Source: Heterodontus francisci
Lineage: Eukaryota
Assembly (NCBI RefSeq): GCF_036365525.1
Contig: NC_090372.1
Location: forward strand, 90,224,873 to 90,288,872
Length of the DNA stretch: 64,000 nt
Direction of reading: 5' to 3'
Each line of letters begins with the position of its first letter. Position 1 is the first letter of the stretch. The notes below the pieces were generated by a model. The model had not been told where the DNA came from and searched no databases. It saw only the letters and a program-made list of their open reading frames with translations. The position numbers and the translations under genes are program-made. Positions 11,051 through 23,589 of the stretch are shown piece by piece.

Positions 11051-12396
11051 AGCTCTCCTTGGAGGCTGCTGGCGCATATGGATCCTCACAAGAAGCGCAT
11101 CAATGAATTTAGGGTGAACCATAACCATCTCCAAGTTGCAATTCAACTCGGTTCCTTCGAAGGTTCCTGACAGGGCAGAGATTGATGTTGAGTGGTACAT
11201 CAGGGGCTTTCATGCAGCAGCTATGTGGCATGGCATGGTATTGCCTGTCTTTCTCCCACTAAGAGTGTCACTGCATGACCACATAAAGATTGTACAATTT
11301 GCATCGATTAACCCACCAGACATGTAAGCTTCACACGCCCACCATCTGTGGCACTCTCCCCAAATACAGGGTAACTCGAGTTGCCAACCTTTACAGAGGG
11401 AAGAGTCGCAGTGGCTCCCTACATGTCTGCAGACGTGGCCCCTGTAATCCCATCCCCCCTCCCTCTTCCCTTCAAGTATGCAGAGTGCAAACCCCCGATT
11501 ATCTGGACTTAGCTTCACTGTCGAGTACTTCTGCTTCTGATGTCCCGTCGGCTTTTCTGTTCGTGAACGGGACGGCACGTGACGGCCGCCCCATCAACGT
11601 AAAATGCAGAAGTATGGAGCCAGAGGCGGCGGGATGCATAATCTGGAGGGGTAAGTAATGTTTTACATATGCTAATTGGGGTGCCACCGCTAAGCGGCAG
11701 GGGAGCTACACCGAGGTCCCCCGGCTGCCGGTAATATGTGGCGGGCCCTTCTCGATGTCGGGGTCGAGGCGGGTCTCTCGCCGTAGAATTTTACGGGCCC
11801 CCTCTGTCATGACCCATGGCATCGAGGGGCTGGTAAAATTCAGCCCATACTTACTGCACATACTGCAGTGATGGAAGCTTAGGCAGATGCCATCTTGGCT
11901 CTGGGTGTCACTGGGTTTCCAGGGCATCACAGCAGTCCAGCAATCTGTTCTCCAACAGATCTCTAGGGTTGCTGAGGCAACCCCCCGGGTGAGTGGCATT
12001 GGATCCATGGAACAGGAATCTAGTGTCCCCTCTCAGGATGACAGCATTTGTGCTCCCATATCCTGTCATTCCAACAGTACTCTTGCTACTATCTCTCAGC
12101 CAGATAGCTCAGACACCAGTAGCCCCGGCTGAGATGGCATAATCTGAAGCAGAGCCTATAGGTCCAGAGCAGCTTGAGGTCGTCTTCCAAGGCTCTCTGT
12201 GATCTCCTCAGTGGAAGCTCAGCAGCTTTCCATCTCTCAAGCTGCAGCCACTGGGAAAGCACCTCATAGGAGCAACAGAATAGGGAAAGGTGCATGAACA
12301 AGGATGATTAGTTTCATTTTTGTATGCATAATGCAATAATTACTTCAATAAATTTAGATTTGATATTGCATTTGATTTTTTTTTAATTTCTGCAAT

Positions 12397-13197
12397 CAAA
12401 GAACAAAGAACAAAGAACAGTACAGCACAGGAGCAGGCCATTCGGCCCTCCAAGCGTGCGCCGATCTTGATGCCTGCCTAAACTAACACCTTCTGCACTT
12501 CCGGGGCCCATATCCCTTTATTCCCTTCCTATTTATATATTTCTCAAGATGTCTCTTAAACGTCGCTATCGTATCTGCTTCCACCACCTTCCCTGGCAGC
12601 AAGTTCCAGGCACTCACCACCCTCTGTGTAAAAAACTTGCCTCGCACATCCCCTCTAAACTTTGCCCCTCGCACCTTAAACCTATGTCCCCTAGTAACTG
12701 ACTCTTCCACCCTGGGAAAAAGCTTCTGACTATCCACTCTGTCCATGCCGCTCATAACTTTGTAAACCTCTATCATGTTGCCCCTTCACCTCCGTCGTTC
12801 CAGTGAAAACAATCCGAGTTTTTCCAACCTCTCCTCATAGCTAATGCCCTCCAGACCAGGCAACATCCTGGTAAACCTCCTCTGTACCCTCTACAAAGCC
12901 TCCACGTCCTTCTGGTAGTGTGGCAACCTGAATTGCACGCAATATTCTAAGTGTCGCCTAACTAAGGTACTGTACAGCTGCAGCATGACTTGCCTATTTT
13001 TATACTCTATGCCCCGACCGATGAAGGCAAGCATGCCATATGCCTTCTTGACTACCTTATCCACCTGCGTTGCCACTTTCAGTGACCTGTGGACCTGTAC
13101 GCCCAGATCTCTCTGCCTGTCAATACTCCTAAGGGTTCTGCCATTTACTGTATACCTCCCACCTGCATTAGACCTTCCAAAATGCATTACCTCACAT
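12397..13197 (-). mobile_element. 5'-truncated CR1 LINE
   Basis: ORFs 12483-12776 and 12891-13187 match the CR1 ORF2 C-terminus. (TTCTTTG)n tail. ATCAA at both junctions. Confidence 0.9.
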
Positions 13198-13299
13198 CAA
13201 GTGAAGGAAGTACCAATAATTGTGTTAAGAAAGAGGGCGATATGCTATTTATTGAAAAAGAAAAGGTACGGAGGGTAGTGAATGGGATGTGCAGTTGCA

Positions 13300-13867
13300 G
13301 TTAGTGGGAGCGCTCCTCAGCGAACTGACCACTTGAGACCTGGCAGAAAATAAGTTGCTGCCTCTCTTCCTCTTTCTAATCGGTTCATCAGCTGGCAGGT
13401 GAGGTGGCGAAGCTGGTGGGGTTGTATAGCATGCAGAAGACAATCAAAAATCTGGTACCTGCTCAGTGGTGTACTGCAAGAATCCTCCTGAAGGTTCATG
13501 CAGCAGGAACATTGTTTCAGAATACCAGTTGTCTGCTTGATCAGGTGGCAGCATGGCTGTCACTGTACTTCTGCTGTACATGTGCACATAATTTCCTAAC
13601 CTGATTATGATGCATGTCAGGGATGATTAACCCTTGTCAACCAATAGCCAGCCTTTAACTCAAAGGTCCAGTTGGAATATAGGAAGCACAAAGGATCAGC
13701 AATGAACGAAAGGGTCATGATTGCTGCTGGGACAGTGGGCACAGACCTGCACAATGCTGCGCCTGTGGTCGCAAACCAGCTGCACAGTGTAATTCCTTTT
13801 CTATTTATAAAGACTGCAGCGTTCTCATGGGGAGCCCATAAGGCATTGTGCATGCAGTCAACGGTGC
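13300..13867 (-). pseudogene. Harbinger transposase remnant, catalytic/C-terminal part
   Basis: TVDCMHNALWAPHENAAVFINRKG followed by degraded downstream motifs. Confidence 0.65.
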
Positions 13868-13956
13868 CTGTAAGATGTAATCTTCTACCCCTTTACAAGT
13901 TACTCTACTGTTTGGATATGAGAATTAGGAGAAATAATGAGACCATAGTCAAAGCT

Positions 13957-14897
13957 CAAGTTAAACACTAGTGTCTTTACTAGGTTTGGTAGGAATACCA
14001 GTTAACGATACAATACACTCATTAGTCACAGAAATGTTACAAGGAGTTATACATATAATCACCTAGTGAGTGGTCACCTCCCATTGATCATACTCTTCAG
14101 CAACTGACCAAGTTGCTTAGCTTAAGCACAAAATCACTATTTACAATGATTTTTATACCTTCTTTTCCAAGGTAGGATGTTTCATTGACAAGATTGTACT
14201 GTCCTATCAAAATCCACCTTAAGCTATAATTGTAGAATGAGGTATCTAATTTTTTGTTCAAACTATGATATTAGAGATTATCTTGACAATAAGCATGTGT
14301 TTACATTTCCAACGGTAATATCTTTATCAGTAAACACAATAGCAGCTTCCTTTCCTGATTAAACACACATTTTACAACCACAGAACAATTAAATAATAAA
14401 AAATCCTTCAAATTACTGACTTCTTACAAGTTGTTGCTTGTAGAATTTCTAGTTTCTCTGCATTTCAAAAGAAGAAAAACTCTGACATCATCAATCAATT
14501 ATAGTTTGTGTCACACTCTTGCAGCTTTTCAAAACACTTTGGACCACATTAGGCCAGCTGAATTGGCATTTTTAAAAACATGTTCAGTCTCTTATCTTCA
14601 TTTTTTCAGAGAACATGACTCCATGTTTTTGTGTGCATGAAGCATCTGCAAAGTTTTAACTCAGCATCAAAGTGAAACATTGCTTGGAAAAGAAGGTATA
14701 AAAATCATTGTAAATAGTGATTTTGTGCTTAAGCTAAGCAACTTGGTCAGTTGCTGAAGAGTATGATCAATGGGAGGTGACCACTCACTAGGTGATTATA
14801 TGTATAACTCCTTGTAACATTTCTGTGACTAATGAGTGTATTGTATCGTTAACTGGTATTCCTACCAAACCTAGTAAAGACATTAGTGTTTAATTTG
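13957..14897. repeat. 215-bp inverted repeat (13957-14171 / 14683-14897) with 511-bp spacer
   Basis: Direct comparison of the arms finds 2 mismatches, both near the outer end. Confidence 0.95.
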
Positions 14898-15244
14898 TCT
14901 GTTTATTGGTTTCAACTCGATTTCTACGACTTTCTGCTTTTTGCTAATCATTCCATAGCCTTAAAGTGTTTTTTCACCTCTGACTCTATTTATCTGTAAT
15001 GAAAAGAGCTTACAGCTGTTAAGGTTACTTTAGCTCGAAAAGCCCTTTTGGCCTTCGCAATTCATGCTGGTCAGGTTCAGTCAGTTTTCTGTACAGCTTC
15101 CTGTATTTCATTTAAACTATTGATGCTCCTGGGTTGGATAGCCTCGCAAATTTCAACCACAAATTTTGATTCAAATAATATTACCGTCTCTTACAGCTTT
15201 ACACCATGGAGAAGCTTATCAAGTGAGAAAAACATTGTACTTAC

Positions 15245-15560
15245 TTCTCCTGCTTCTCATTGGCAACAGGGAAGGATATTAACTATTTTTCTTGGTGCCA
15301 GTGACCACCTTGATACATCAGTGCATTGTGATCTGCGAAATGCTGCTAATTTCATTTGTTTCAGCCTGGAATGAGCTCATTGCATATCAGTTGAGAATGA
15401 CAGTACCTAGACAGCCACAGACAGTGCTGCCCATGCCTTGCTTTGTGGCTGCAGCAGTTGATATATCTCAGTAACAAAGCGAAATTGCCCATCACTGAAG
15501 TTGAGGTCGGAAAAGTGCTCCCTGAAGACCCTCCTCTTGCTTCCTGTTGAACACCCTGCT
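15245..15560 (-). pseudogene. Harbinger transposase remnant, N-terminal part
   Basis: RRVFREHFSDLNFS..VTEIYQLLQPQSKAWAALSVAV, homologous to 41780-42205. Continues at 13867. Confidence 0.65.
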
Positions 15561-16169
15561 TCTCCATCTCTTTCAGTTTTTTCTGCTCTGTGGTGTCTTC
15601 CTTCATGCCCTCTGTCATGCTCGATTCTGAGAGGTAGTCTTGCCAAGCCTCCAATGTCTGGAGATGAATAATTATGAAGGATACAACAGCAACAGGACTG
15701 CAAGAGCAGAAAGGCCACTCTCTGTTAATGAATTAAACTTCCAATAGTCCTAGACCTAAAAAAAAAAATTATAATTTGAGCAAAAGCCAAAAGTAATAAT
15801 ACATCAATTTACCTGTATCTCTTGCACAATTCTTTAAATACTGCTGGTGATGGGTCCTTCATGACTTTAACATCATGCCCTGATGTGCAAGGTCAGCAAA
15901 GGGCATCTGACTGACTGGGGCCTTCCAAAATAATAACAGCAGCCTCAATTCAGCATGGCACACAGATCCATATCATGCTCTACATATTGCCACCGTTCAA
16001 TCGGCATGCGCGCTGTTGAAGTGTGCATGCGCATCTTGGAGGCTATTTTTGGACCTTAGGTGGTGACACACTGACTGAAAAATGAGCATTACACAGCCCA
16101 ATTTAACTCCCAGTACCTCTAACAGTGCAGCATTCCCTCAGTACACCATGATAATGAATTTGTATTCAT

Positions 16170-16490
16170 CTGACTGTCACAGTACCAAAATGGCTCTTAT
16201 CAAAGTCACAAATGACAACCTATGTGACTATGATAAAGGCAAACTATTCCTCCTCGCCTTTCTTGACCTGTTTGCAATTTTGGCATGGTTGACCACAGCA
16301 TTCTTCTCCAAAGCCTCTTCACCATTGTCCAGCTGGGTGGGACTGCATTCACCTGTTTCCATTCCTATCTATCTAGTTGTAGTTAGGGAATCACCTGCAA
16401 TGGCTTTTCTTCCCACTTCTGCAGCACTATCTCTGATGTCCCCCAAGGATCTATCCGTGGCCCCTCCTATTTCTCATCTACCTGCTTGAT
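16170..16490 (+). mobile_element. L2-like LINE RT fragment
   Basis: HSTKMALIKVTNDNLCDYDKGKLFLLAFLDL resembles the L2 HSTETAL..VTNDIL..LLDLSAAFD block. Confidence 0.7.
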
Positions 16491-16536
16491 AAGGAGCATG
16501 TTCGTCATGTCCAAAAATGTATTAACCTCTCAGCGT

Positions 16537-16715
16537 TGTTGTATGATTGCCTTTAAGAGTGATGTCCCTTTAAGATCGCAGTATGCGAATAAGCTAAGCA
16601 CCAGGATGCAGTCATGTGACTACATGATCATAGTCACTATGCAACTGTAACACCTAGAGAAAGGTTCTGTAAATAGTTTGCTCTGTACTGTACATAATCG
16701 TTTAGCTGTTAATAG
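16537..16715 (+). mobile_element. Partial solo LTR of the Gypsy family at 19057-25398
   Basis: TGTTGTATGATTGC..AAGAGTGATGTCCCTTTAAGA is the reverse complement of the LTR ends at 19299 and 25398. Cut by the CR1 at 16716. Confidence 0.8.
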
Positions 16716-17355
16716 ATGCATGCTTGCCTACATCGGTCGGGGTATAGAGTATAAAAATTGGCAAGTCATGCTGCAGTTGTACAGAACTTTAGTTAGGCCA
16801 CACTTAGAATATTGCGTGCAATTCTGGTCGCCACACTACCAGAAGGACGTGGAGGCTTTGGAGAGGGTACAGAGGAGGTTTACCAGGATGTTGCCTGGTC
16901 TGGAGGGCATTAGCTATGAGGAGAGGTTGGATAAACTCGGATTGTTTTCACTGGAACGACGGAGGTGGAGGGGCGACATGATAGAAGTTTACAAAGTTAT
17001 AAGCGGCATGGACAGAGTGGATAGTCAGAAGCTTTTTCCCAGGGTGGAAGAGTCAGTTACTAGGGGACATAGGTTTAAGGTGAGAGGGACAAAGTTTAGA
17101 GGGGATGTGCGAGGCAAGTCCTTTACACAGAGGGTGGTGAGTGCCTGGAACTTGCTGCCGGGGGAGGTGGTGGAGGCAGGTACGATAGCGACGTTTAAGA
17201 GGCATCTTGACAAATACATAAATAGGATGGGAATAGAGGGATACGGTCCCCGGATGTGCAGAAGGTTTTAGTTTAGGCAGGCATCAAGATAGGCGCAGGC
17301 TTGGAGGGCCGAATGGCCTGTTCCTGTGCTGTACTGTTCTTTGTTCTTTGTTCTT
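16716..17355 (+). mobile_element. 5'-truncated CR1 LINE, same subfamily as 12397-13197
   Basis: ORF 16678-17271 (RPHLEYCVQFWSP...). TTCTTTG-repeat tail. Confidence 0.9.
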
Positions 17356-18958
17356 TATTCCTGATCTGTTTGAGACCGTCAACAAACTGGACTCCACACA
17401 TCTCATTTATGTTGCCTAAGACAACATAAAGAACATAAAGAACAAATGTCACCTTCCTCAATATCATCTTCAGCCCTCTCTGAGAAAAGGAATCTTGCAA
17501 AATGAAGAATTTTCTGAAAACAGGAAGTGCAGGTTAAGCATAAGGAACTGCATCAACACTTTCAATGCTCTGCACAGGAAATCCCAGCCGTGAACTGGGA
17601 TTCCCAGTGAGCAATGCCAATTGCACAGGATGCAAATACCCACATTCAGCGAAAGGATCTGGGCCCCCACTCTGTGCCAGAGCACAAAATGCAGCATACA
17701 GAATGAGCATGGGAGAGAAATGTCAGCCTCAGGGAGATATACAGGAAAGAAAGTTGAGGTGGAAAAACAGACATGAAGAAAGAAGAGCGGAACAGAAAGG
17801 AAAATTATGATTAAACTGAAAAGCAAAGACAGGGAGACAAAGGGAAACACAAAACAAAGACATAAGAAAGAGAAATGCAGAATTTTAGATGGATGTCATA
17901 AAGTACTTTTTTATTCTTGTTTCCTGAATTACAGTCAGCTAGCCAGCAGGGAGGGTCAGATGATAGCAGATTCTAACCTATTTCGGATCAGCTAATTTTT
18001 CGACTTTAAATTATTAGTTTTGATTTTTACAGTTCTGTAATATCACTTTTATCATCATTCACACCCATATAATAAATGTACAGACCTCCCTTATGACACT
18101 TTTTGATACAATGTTATCTCATTTACTATGCTGGTTTATGGTTTACTCCCTATTATTTCTTTGACCTTCTGATACCATACATCCGGAATTGGAAGATCAA
18201 AGGAGCAATCTGGTTTACATATATTAGCTATAACACAGAGAGCATTGAAGCTATCCCTGCTTTTCTGTTTCATAGATTAGAATGGTATCTTTCCATTTCT
18301 CTGATCTCTCCGTGTCTCCAACCCGCAGCAAAATATTTCCTGAAAGGCCTAAAGGGCAGGCAGACCATCTCAATTCAGGTGCAATTGGCAAAAAGAGAAT
18401 TACAGGGCAAAGTTCCAAGAAAATGTGGTTTTGCTTGACTCAACATGTTTTCCATTTGGAAACTATTGCAAGTTTCTGAAGCATATTCATTTTTAATATT
18501 AAAATTATTTAATTTAACAGGGCATAATTTTTTCACCTTGCATCTAAAGTTTCTGCTCAATGTTTCCATATTGGTGAAAACTTTGGTTCTTATAGGGATC
18601 AAGAAGCGCCTTTCCAGTTTGTTGAAGTGCTAAAGTGTGATAAATTCTGTTATGTTTGGTTGAAAGCTGTTTCATGAACTTAGTATGTAGTTAATATCAT
18701 GTGGATAATGAGAGAAAACGTCAGATTTTCCACCCCTTCACCAATTCTATGCATCTGACAACAAGTAGGTCGATGAGAAGCCATAAATTTCTAACATGCC
18801 CCCCCAAATGCCAAAAAGAATTCAGTTAGAGACAAGAGCTGATGTGAAAGATGGAAGTTGACCCAATATCGATGTAGTGAGTGGAAGCTTTGCAGGCAGG
18901 ATGGAAAAATTGACCAGGAAAGCATATTTACCTAACCCAGTGGTGAATTTAATTCTGG

Positions 18959-19058
18959 TGGAGGTACTGGCCATGAAAGCGTCAGTGCACATTACCTAAT
19001 TTGTATTTAATAGAAGAAGACTGGGAAGATCAATGTCCTGTCCATGACCCATAGAATG
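18959..19058 (+). repeat. Left copy of a 100-bp direct repeat flanking the Gypsy element
   Basis: Matches 25400-25499 with about 11 mismatches and no indels (hand count). Confidence 0.9.
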
Positions 19059-19699
19059 TGTGATGTTAAGCAACACAATGAGATATGTGGATTGCAGTGC
19101 CTTGAAGATGTCTAACTGGTTTATTAACAGCTAAACTAGTATGTACAATACAGAGTAAACTATGTACAGAACCTTTGCCCAAGGGTGTTACAGTTGCAGA
19201 GTGACTATGGCTTCCAGTCACATGACTATACCCTGGTACTTTGCTCATTAGCATACTGAGTTCTTAAAGGGACATCACTCTTGAAGCGATCATACAACAT
19301 CCCCTTTCTTTCCAAAGATAAGTCTCATATGCTATAAGTAAAAAGACATAAAATTGTATAACATCAAAGTTAGTTCTACAGGGATAGAGATTATAAAATT
19401 TACAAGTATGAGGATAGGGATTGTGAAATTTACTAGTGCAGAAGCTTAAGAGTCCATATATCATTTTGGTGGTTCGACAACTCTCAGATCTTCTTATGGT
19501 ATAACTTTCTGGGGATGTGGATTTCACCGTTGGCTGTTTATGCAGACATGTTGTCAATGTGTTGGTTGTTGTCCTGTTGTTCCATCACACCCTCATCGTC
19601 AGAGCATGTTCTTTCAAGTCCGCTGTGCGCAATTGGAGTATTGCACACTTCTCTTAACTGGTTTCAGTTCCTCCTCAACACTGCTCCACTAGATGTTGT

Positions 19700-22600
19700 A
19701 ACCTCATAGGACCTCGACACAGCATACTTTGGATACCTCTGCGGGTAACCATGTTCTCATTGTGGGGTGTATGACCCTGACCTTTTGTTCTATGTGTAGT
19801 TGAGGTAGTTCCACCCCTGCATGTTGGTCATGCACCATCTTCATTCTCCCCTGTTTTTCGAGCAGTGTCTCCTGCATCTCGGAGAATTTGGACTGATGCT
19901 GGCATGGCAGAATCGTTCGCACTTGTCTGACAAACATGATCTCTGCTGGTGATAGCCACGCCATATCCATAGGTATAGCTCTGTCACATGGCAACATGAA
20001 AATCTTCTTTCGTTGCCCTACACTTCAGGATAGTACTTTGACTGTGCGAACCATTTGCATGGCAAGACCTTTAGACCGAGGGCAATGTGGTGAGGACGTC
20101 ACATGGTTTACGCCCCATTTGGCACGCATATCCCTGAAAGGTGTGCCCGTATACTGTGGCCCGTAGTCCGAAATAATTTCTTCAGGTGTACCAAATAGAC
20201 TGAATATGGCACTCAATGTGTCTGCAGTGACAGCACCTGAAGTGTTTTTTTCCTGTCTGACAATTGGAAATTTGGAGAAGTAATCGGTGACTAAGATAAA
20301 GTCGTCTCCATTCTCGGTAAATGGATCAATGACGATTCTGGACCAAGAGACTGATGGACTCTCGTGAGGGTGTAAAGGTTCTTTATGTGGTTGTGGTTGG
20401 TGGTTCTGGTATGCCTCGCACATCCTCACTAACTTTTCGATGTCACCATTGATCCCTGGCCAATAAACAGTGTCTCGTGCCAGTCGTCTCGTTTGCTTTA
20501 TGTCCATATAGCCTTGGTGACGTTGTGACAAGATATCCTGTCGGAGAGCTTTGGGCACAATCACTTGTTTTCCTATGCCTCTCGCGATATCGAGTTCCTC
20601 TCTTTAAGGCCAAAAGCATCTGAGTGTTTCTGGCACCTCTTTTACTGTGTTAGGCCAACCTTCTATGATGACTCTCCACAGTGCCTTCAGTTGTGGGCCA
20701 TTGGCTGCTTCTGATTGCAGTTGGTCACATTTGTGCTGACAAAAATGCAATAAATCGATTTCGAGCCCATTTTCCACCTAGATGTCTATGCTGTCTACTT
20801 TTAGATCCAGAGGAACTTCTTCAGTCTTGCTTGGGTTTGGCCATCTGCTCAGCGTATCCAAGGTGACCATTTTGGTACCTGGCTTGTAGCAGACGTCGAA
20901 GTCGTACCCCTGTACTTTCACTGAGAGTCGCTGTAGTCGAGGTGGTGCGATTGTCAATAGTTTGCACCAGATCATCTCCAGTGGTTTGTGGTCAATTTCC
21001 ACAGTGAACTGCTTACCGAACAGGTAGGTGTGGAACCTTGTGATCCCAAACACCAGAGCAAGTGTCTCACGCTGTGTGTTTGAGTAATTGGATTATGCTG
21101 AGGATAAACACTTGGATCCGAATGCAATTGGTTTGCCATCCTGCAGGATGCACGCTTCTAGCCCTTTCTGTGAGGCGTCGGCTTCCAGGATTGTCTTCTT
21201 CCTTGGATCATGGTACTGCAGGGTACAGGTTTCTGCTGACAATGCTTATTTGAGTGACTCAAACATATGCTGATGGTCCTTCTCACATAGATATGGTACA
21301 TCTTTCTTTAAGAGCTCTCTCAATGATGAAGCTTTATTAGAAAAATTTGGAATGTAAGGTGTCAAAAAGTTTAAAAATTCAAGACATCTCTGTAGTTCTT
21401 CCTTGTCTTGTGGGGTAGGCATATGCCTCACATCTTTGACTTTGCCTGGGTCAGGACAGATACTGCAACCCGAATAGATGGAGCCAAAGAAATTGATCTG
21501 ACTTGCAGTTACCTGGCACTCCTTGCTACTAAAAATGAGCCCTTCACGACGAGCTATTGCCGTCAGTGAATGAAAATTTCGATCATTGTTACAATCAGGT
21601 GAGAAAGGTGTCTTTCTGAGTATCCATCTGAGTATTCACCTGATCTTACCGTAACAGTGTTTAATTTTAAACACAGTGTTTTTAGCTCCCCCTTGGTGAA
21701 TCCTTGTTCACATCTTTTCAATTATAAGGCAAAGAAACTATCACAAACAGGTTTTCTTAGGTTTAAAGAAGAAAAGTTGAAATTCATTAAACTTAAACTT
21801 AAACTCTGATTCGGTTGACGTTTAAGGATACACGACACACCCACGTTAGCATGCGCACGCGATACACCATGCAAATAGAGACAGAACATAGCAGAAGAAA
21901 AATAAAGTGGAAAAATTTGAGGCACTATCTGAAGAGTTTTTGTTATGGTTCTTCGAGCTCACTGCAGAGTCCTTGATTGTAGGTAGATCTTGCTTTTTGT
22001 TGGGACCCAGTATTCTTCTTAAACCCCATTCGCTATAGGAGACTTTTCTCTCTTGGGGTTCAATTGTATTCAGTGGATTCAGAGGCTTGTGAGAAAGAGA
22101 TGGGAGCAGACAGGAGAGATCTTCTCAGTCCAGGAGCAAACTCTCCATTCAAACTCTCTGTGGCTAGTTTGAAAGACCCCTGGAACAGTCAGTTAATCAT
22201 GTGACCAGCTGGTCCAACCAGTCCTGGCCCCTGTGGATTGCATCACCCAAACAGGCCCTGGAATGTGCTTCCTCGCCCCCTCACTGTCAGGTGATCAACA
22301 TCCATTGTGGGTTGAATGTGTCAGGTCTACACAAGCACCGTCTGTTAATATGCAAATGTTCTTCTCCAGCCACGGCTGATCTGTTCAACAAATCATTTCC
22401 TCACTCCAACAACAGTTAAAAATTAATGTTCATATGACAATGTGCCTCATTCTGGGCAGGTGGGGGCCTGCATGACATCATGCTCTTCATTGGTTTTGCC
22501 CATTACCACAATATCATCGGCAATGCATATACATCCAGGCACGTTTTCTATAATACTGTCCATATGCTGTTGAAGCTCATCTTGACTGACAGATAGGCTG

Positions 22601-23400
22601 TAGGGTAGTCTGTGGAAGCAATATCTTCCAAATGGTGTTCTAAAGGTGGTGACTTCCTGAGATTCCTTAGCTAGGTGTACCGACCAATATCCATGTTTAG
22701 CATCCAACTTGGAGAAGAATTTGGCTCCTGTGAACTTGGGATTCAATTCCTCTAGTGTCGAATCTTGTGAGGGCTTATCTTTAGGGAGAGGTTTAGACAC
22801 CTCAAATCTAGACATACCCTGATTGCTCCATCCTTCTTTAGCATGCACGTAATTGAGCTGCACCAGTCTGTGTGATGATGCATACGACGGACGATGCCAT
22901 TGCGTTCCATATCATCCAACTCGCATTTAAGCTTTTCGTGTATGTGCATGCTACACTTTCTGGGAGAGTCAATTGACGGAATTGCATTCTTTCTGAGGTG
23001 CAGTACGGCATCGCCTTTGAAATCTCCTATGGCGTCACACCCTTGATCTCTTCTGCTGTAGTGAGTACCTTGGTGACCTCGTGGATCATCATAATGTTGA
23101 GGCCGTTACATGCTGGTAGTCCTGCCACTGCTGGTCCACTCGTGTCTACCAGGTAAAATATTTGTGGTTTCCATGCCAACTTGCCACAGCTGCATTGCAT
23201 TGTTAGTGTGCCACTGCAAGGGATGGGTGACCCATTGTATGCAGTTAGCTTTGCAGTTGTCAGTTGTACCATTAATTTCCAATGACCCCAGTACATAGAA
23301 TCATAGAGTCATTTATGACATAAAATGAGGCCATTCAGATGCTTCAGAATTTTGATTGGGAGGATATTTGCACTAGCTCCCGTGTCAATCTTAGTCCTGA
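19700..23400 (-). pseudogene. Gypsy pol (PR-RT-RNaseH-integrase), disrupted
   Basis: PR KIDTGASANI (about 23363-23392). RT FSKLDAKHGYW, RLPYSL, CIADD. RH EADAS..FGITRFHTYLFGKQFTVEIDHKPL. IN HQG..YWPG..C, DYFSKFP, IISDYGPQY. Confidence 0.9.
21587..22477 (-). mobile_element. Solo-LTR-like element, family A, inserted in the Gypsy RT
   Basis: TG...CA ends and a perfect 4-bp TSD TCAT (21583-21586, 22478-22481). Removing it restores EEHD|RNFHSL. Confidence 0.9.
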
Positions 23401-23589
23401 ATGTGTGCTTGCCAATTTTCTTTGGGCACATTATATTGATAGTAGCAAAAGCTTCCAGTGTTTGACTTCATTAACACAATGTGTCAGATTCACAATGTGA
23501 AATGCCTGATCGTCTTCTGGCTCAGAATCGCTCCACTCTGAGTCTTGTCTCAGGTCTGTTTCACTGTGGACTTCGTGTATCGACTTGCA

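Larger units (their letters stand above)
4500..11846. mobile_element. Decayed PIF/Harbinger DNA transposon interrupted by a CR1 nest
   Basis: Myb-like remnant on + (4617), convergent HARBI1-like transposase on - (10068-11050), right TIR GTAAAATTCAGCCC ending 11846. Left boundary not identified. Confidence 0.65.

Noticed and set aside
13868-15244. Functional spliceosomal intron in the Harbinger transposase (GTAAGT...TTACAG on the minus strand)
   Set aside because: Splicing gives GAG AA|G CAC CGT TGA, which is out of frame, and about 15 conserved codons are missing at the junction.
18175-18480. Exon candidates on either strand near 18.3 kb
   Set aside because: Acceptor-like sites exist on both strands, but there is no convincing donor/frame pair and no recognisable peptide.
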